Shown here piece after piece: positions 62,937 to 64,000 of a stretch of 64,000 nucleotides of DNA (position 1 is its first letter; each line of letters begins with the position of its first letter). The notes beneath the pieces are model-generated. The model ran no database searches, was not told the origin of the DNA, and worked only from the letters and a program-made list of their open reading frames with translations. The translations under genes and the position numbers were made by a program. Source of the stretch: Sporopachydermia quercuum (lineage: Eukaryota); NCBI GenBank assembly GCA_001599295.1, contig BCGN01000001.1, positions 1,426,001 through 1,490,000 on the forward strand, written 5' to 3'.

Positions 62937-63419
62937 TCAAACGTTAAATGTACTTAAGCGTTGCTTGTGAGAGTTTGCAAAAGGAACAATCAGTATTGAG
63001 AAACGAGGAGACAATTTAGGGGCCATTCTTTGAGAGGTTGGAAACATCTGGTCATAGTAACAAATAAATAATTGGTTGAAATAACTGTTGTACGAGAGGG
63101 AAAACATAGTCATAACGTACGAACTAAGTAGTACACTCGTATGCATAGGAAGCAAATTTTTTATATGGAAAGGAGAATGCGTAGGCATTTCTATGTATAC
63201 CGATAAAGTTCTACATATTAATACATGACAATGCATATTAGGAATTGGAGGGGAGTTCTGGAGAATAGGATGGAGTGAAAGGATAACTTTGAAATATGAT
63301 AAAGGAACCAATAACAGGATACTGCAAGAATTCAACAACGCTAAATTATATATAATGCAAGTTAGTATACTGGTACGAATTTTCAATTTCAGAATATTAT
63401 GAATTGTTGAAGGTGTCAT
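62937..63419 (-). CDS. Hypothetical 160-aa orphan ORF
   Basis: ATG-initiated and stop-free for 160 codons in AT-rich intergenic DNA. No recognisable domain. Confidence 0.2.
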   Translation of the reverse strand: MTPSTIHNILKLKIRTSILTCIIYNLALLNSCSILLLVPLSYFKVILSLHPILQNSPPIPNMHCHVLICRTLSVYIEMPTHSPFHIKNLLPMHTSVLLSSYVMTMFSLSYNSYFNQLFICYYDQMFPTSQRMAPKLSPRFSILIVPFANSHKQRLSTFNV

Positions 63420-64000
63420 CCTAGGTAATAATTCCCCACTCTGACAATAGGATGCAGTCAGTAGTCAACGAGTGTACTTAATATTCTGCATCTATATGCA
63501 TTGATATGCACAAATACTAACAAAGTTCTTGCAATTTCATTTAAACGCATCATATTCGGTTAATAGAAACTATTCACATGAACCTTTAGGGCATTAGGAA
63601 GCTTTATATACTTGATTCTCCACCAGGTTCCAGCTTCATTTGGAAAATATGATTAAATAGAATCAAGTTGAGTTTCAAAAAAAAAAAAAAGTTCAGAGCT
63701 AAGCTTATCACAATCTTATGTCGATAACTTCGTTATAATATAANCAGGGGTAACTGCCATCACATTGGCTAATGTTGATAATCATTGTCATGTATTCCTA
63801 ACAAAGAAGCTCATTTTTTTTACAAATTAAAGTGCCTTCAGTTGAAAGTTAATCCATGTTTACAAATCTGTTAATACCTTTTCCGTTTGTTGAAAAGTGT
63901 ATCAACTATTTGTAAATTGCTTTTTAAAAGTAAGTAGACATGTAGATCTAAGTTGTATAATGATTATCTCCGAAAAGAAATTATATCTTCCGATTCAATT

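Overview
64 kb of AT-rich nuclear DNA from a budding yeast (Saccharomycotina). It uses the standard genetic code: CTG sits at conserved Leu positions in NOG1 and PAN2. I can reconstruct 21 protein-coding genes: TAF6, RMD9, a CYP504/CYP501-like P450, a PMU1-like histidine phosphatase, TAE1/NTM1, SSH1, SPC105, RTT10, RTC6, PAN2, NAT4, NOG1, EPL1, TEF4/CAM1, MNN9, LEE1-like, SAS3, AIM10, SOK1, RER1 and SCH9. There are also two identical intron-containing tRNA-Leu(CAA) genes and an intronic box C/D snoRNA (snR38). The region is unusually intron-rich for a budding yeast, with 19 spliceosomal introns in 10 genes and exons as short as 10-18 nt, so many ORF-track entries are gene fragments. No transposon ORF or CRISPR array is evident, and I cannot demonstrate a new system. 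The best leads are non-coding. (i) A 5.6 kb gene-free gap between SOK1 and RER1 is a possible regional centromere and contains a GC-richer island with pseudoknot/switch-like complementarity. (ii) A hairpin-dense stretch at 1.9-2.8 kb has MCB/SCB-like boxes and a TTAGGG-complementary 10-mer. (iii) The P450 lacks the I-helix threonine and has two non-consensus 5' splice sites. (iv) All three mitochondrial genes have Puf3 elements downstream. All gene identities come from my recognition of motifs, not from database searches.
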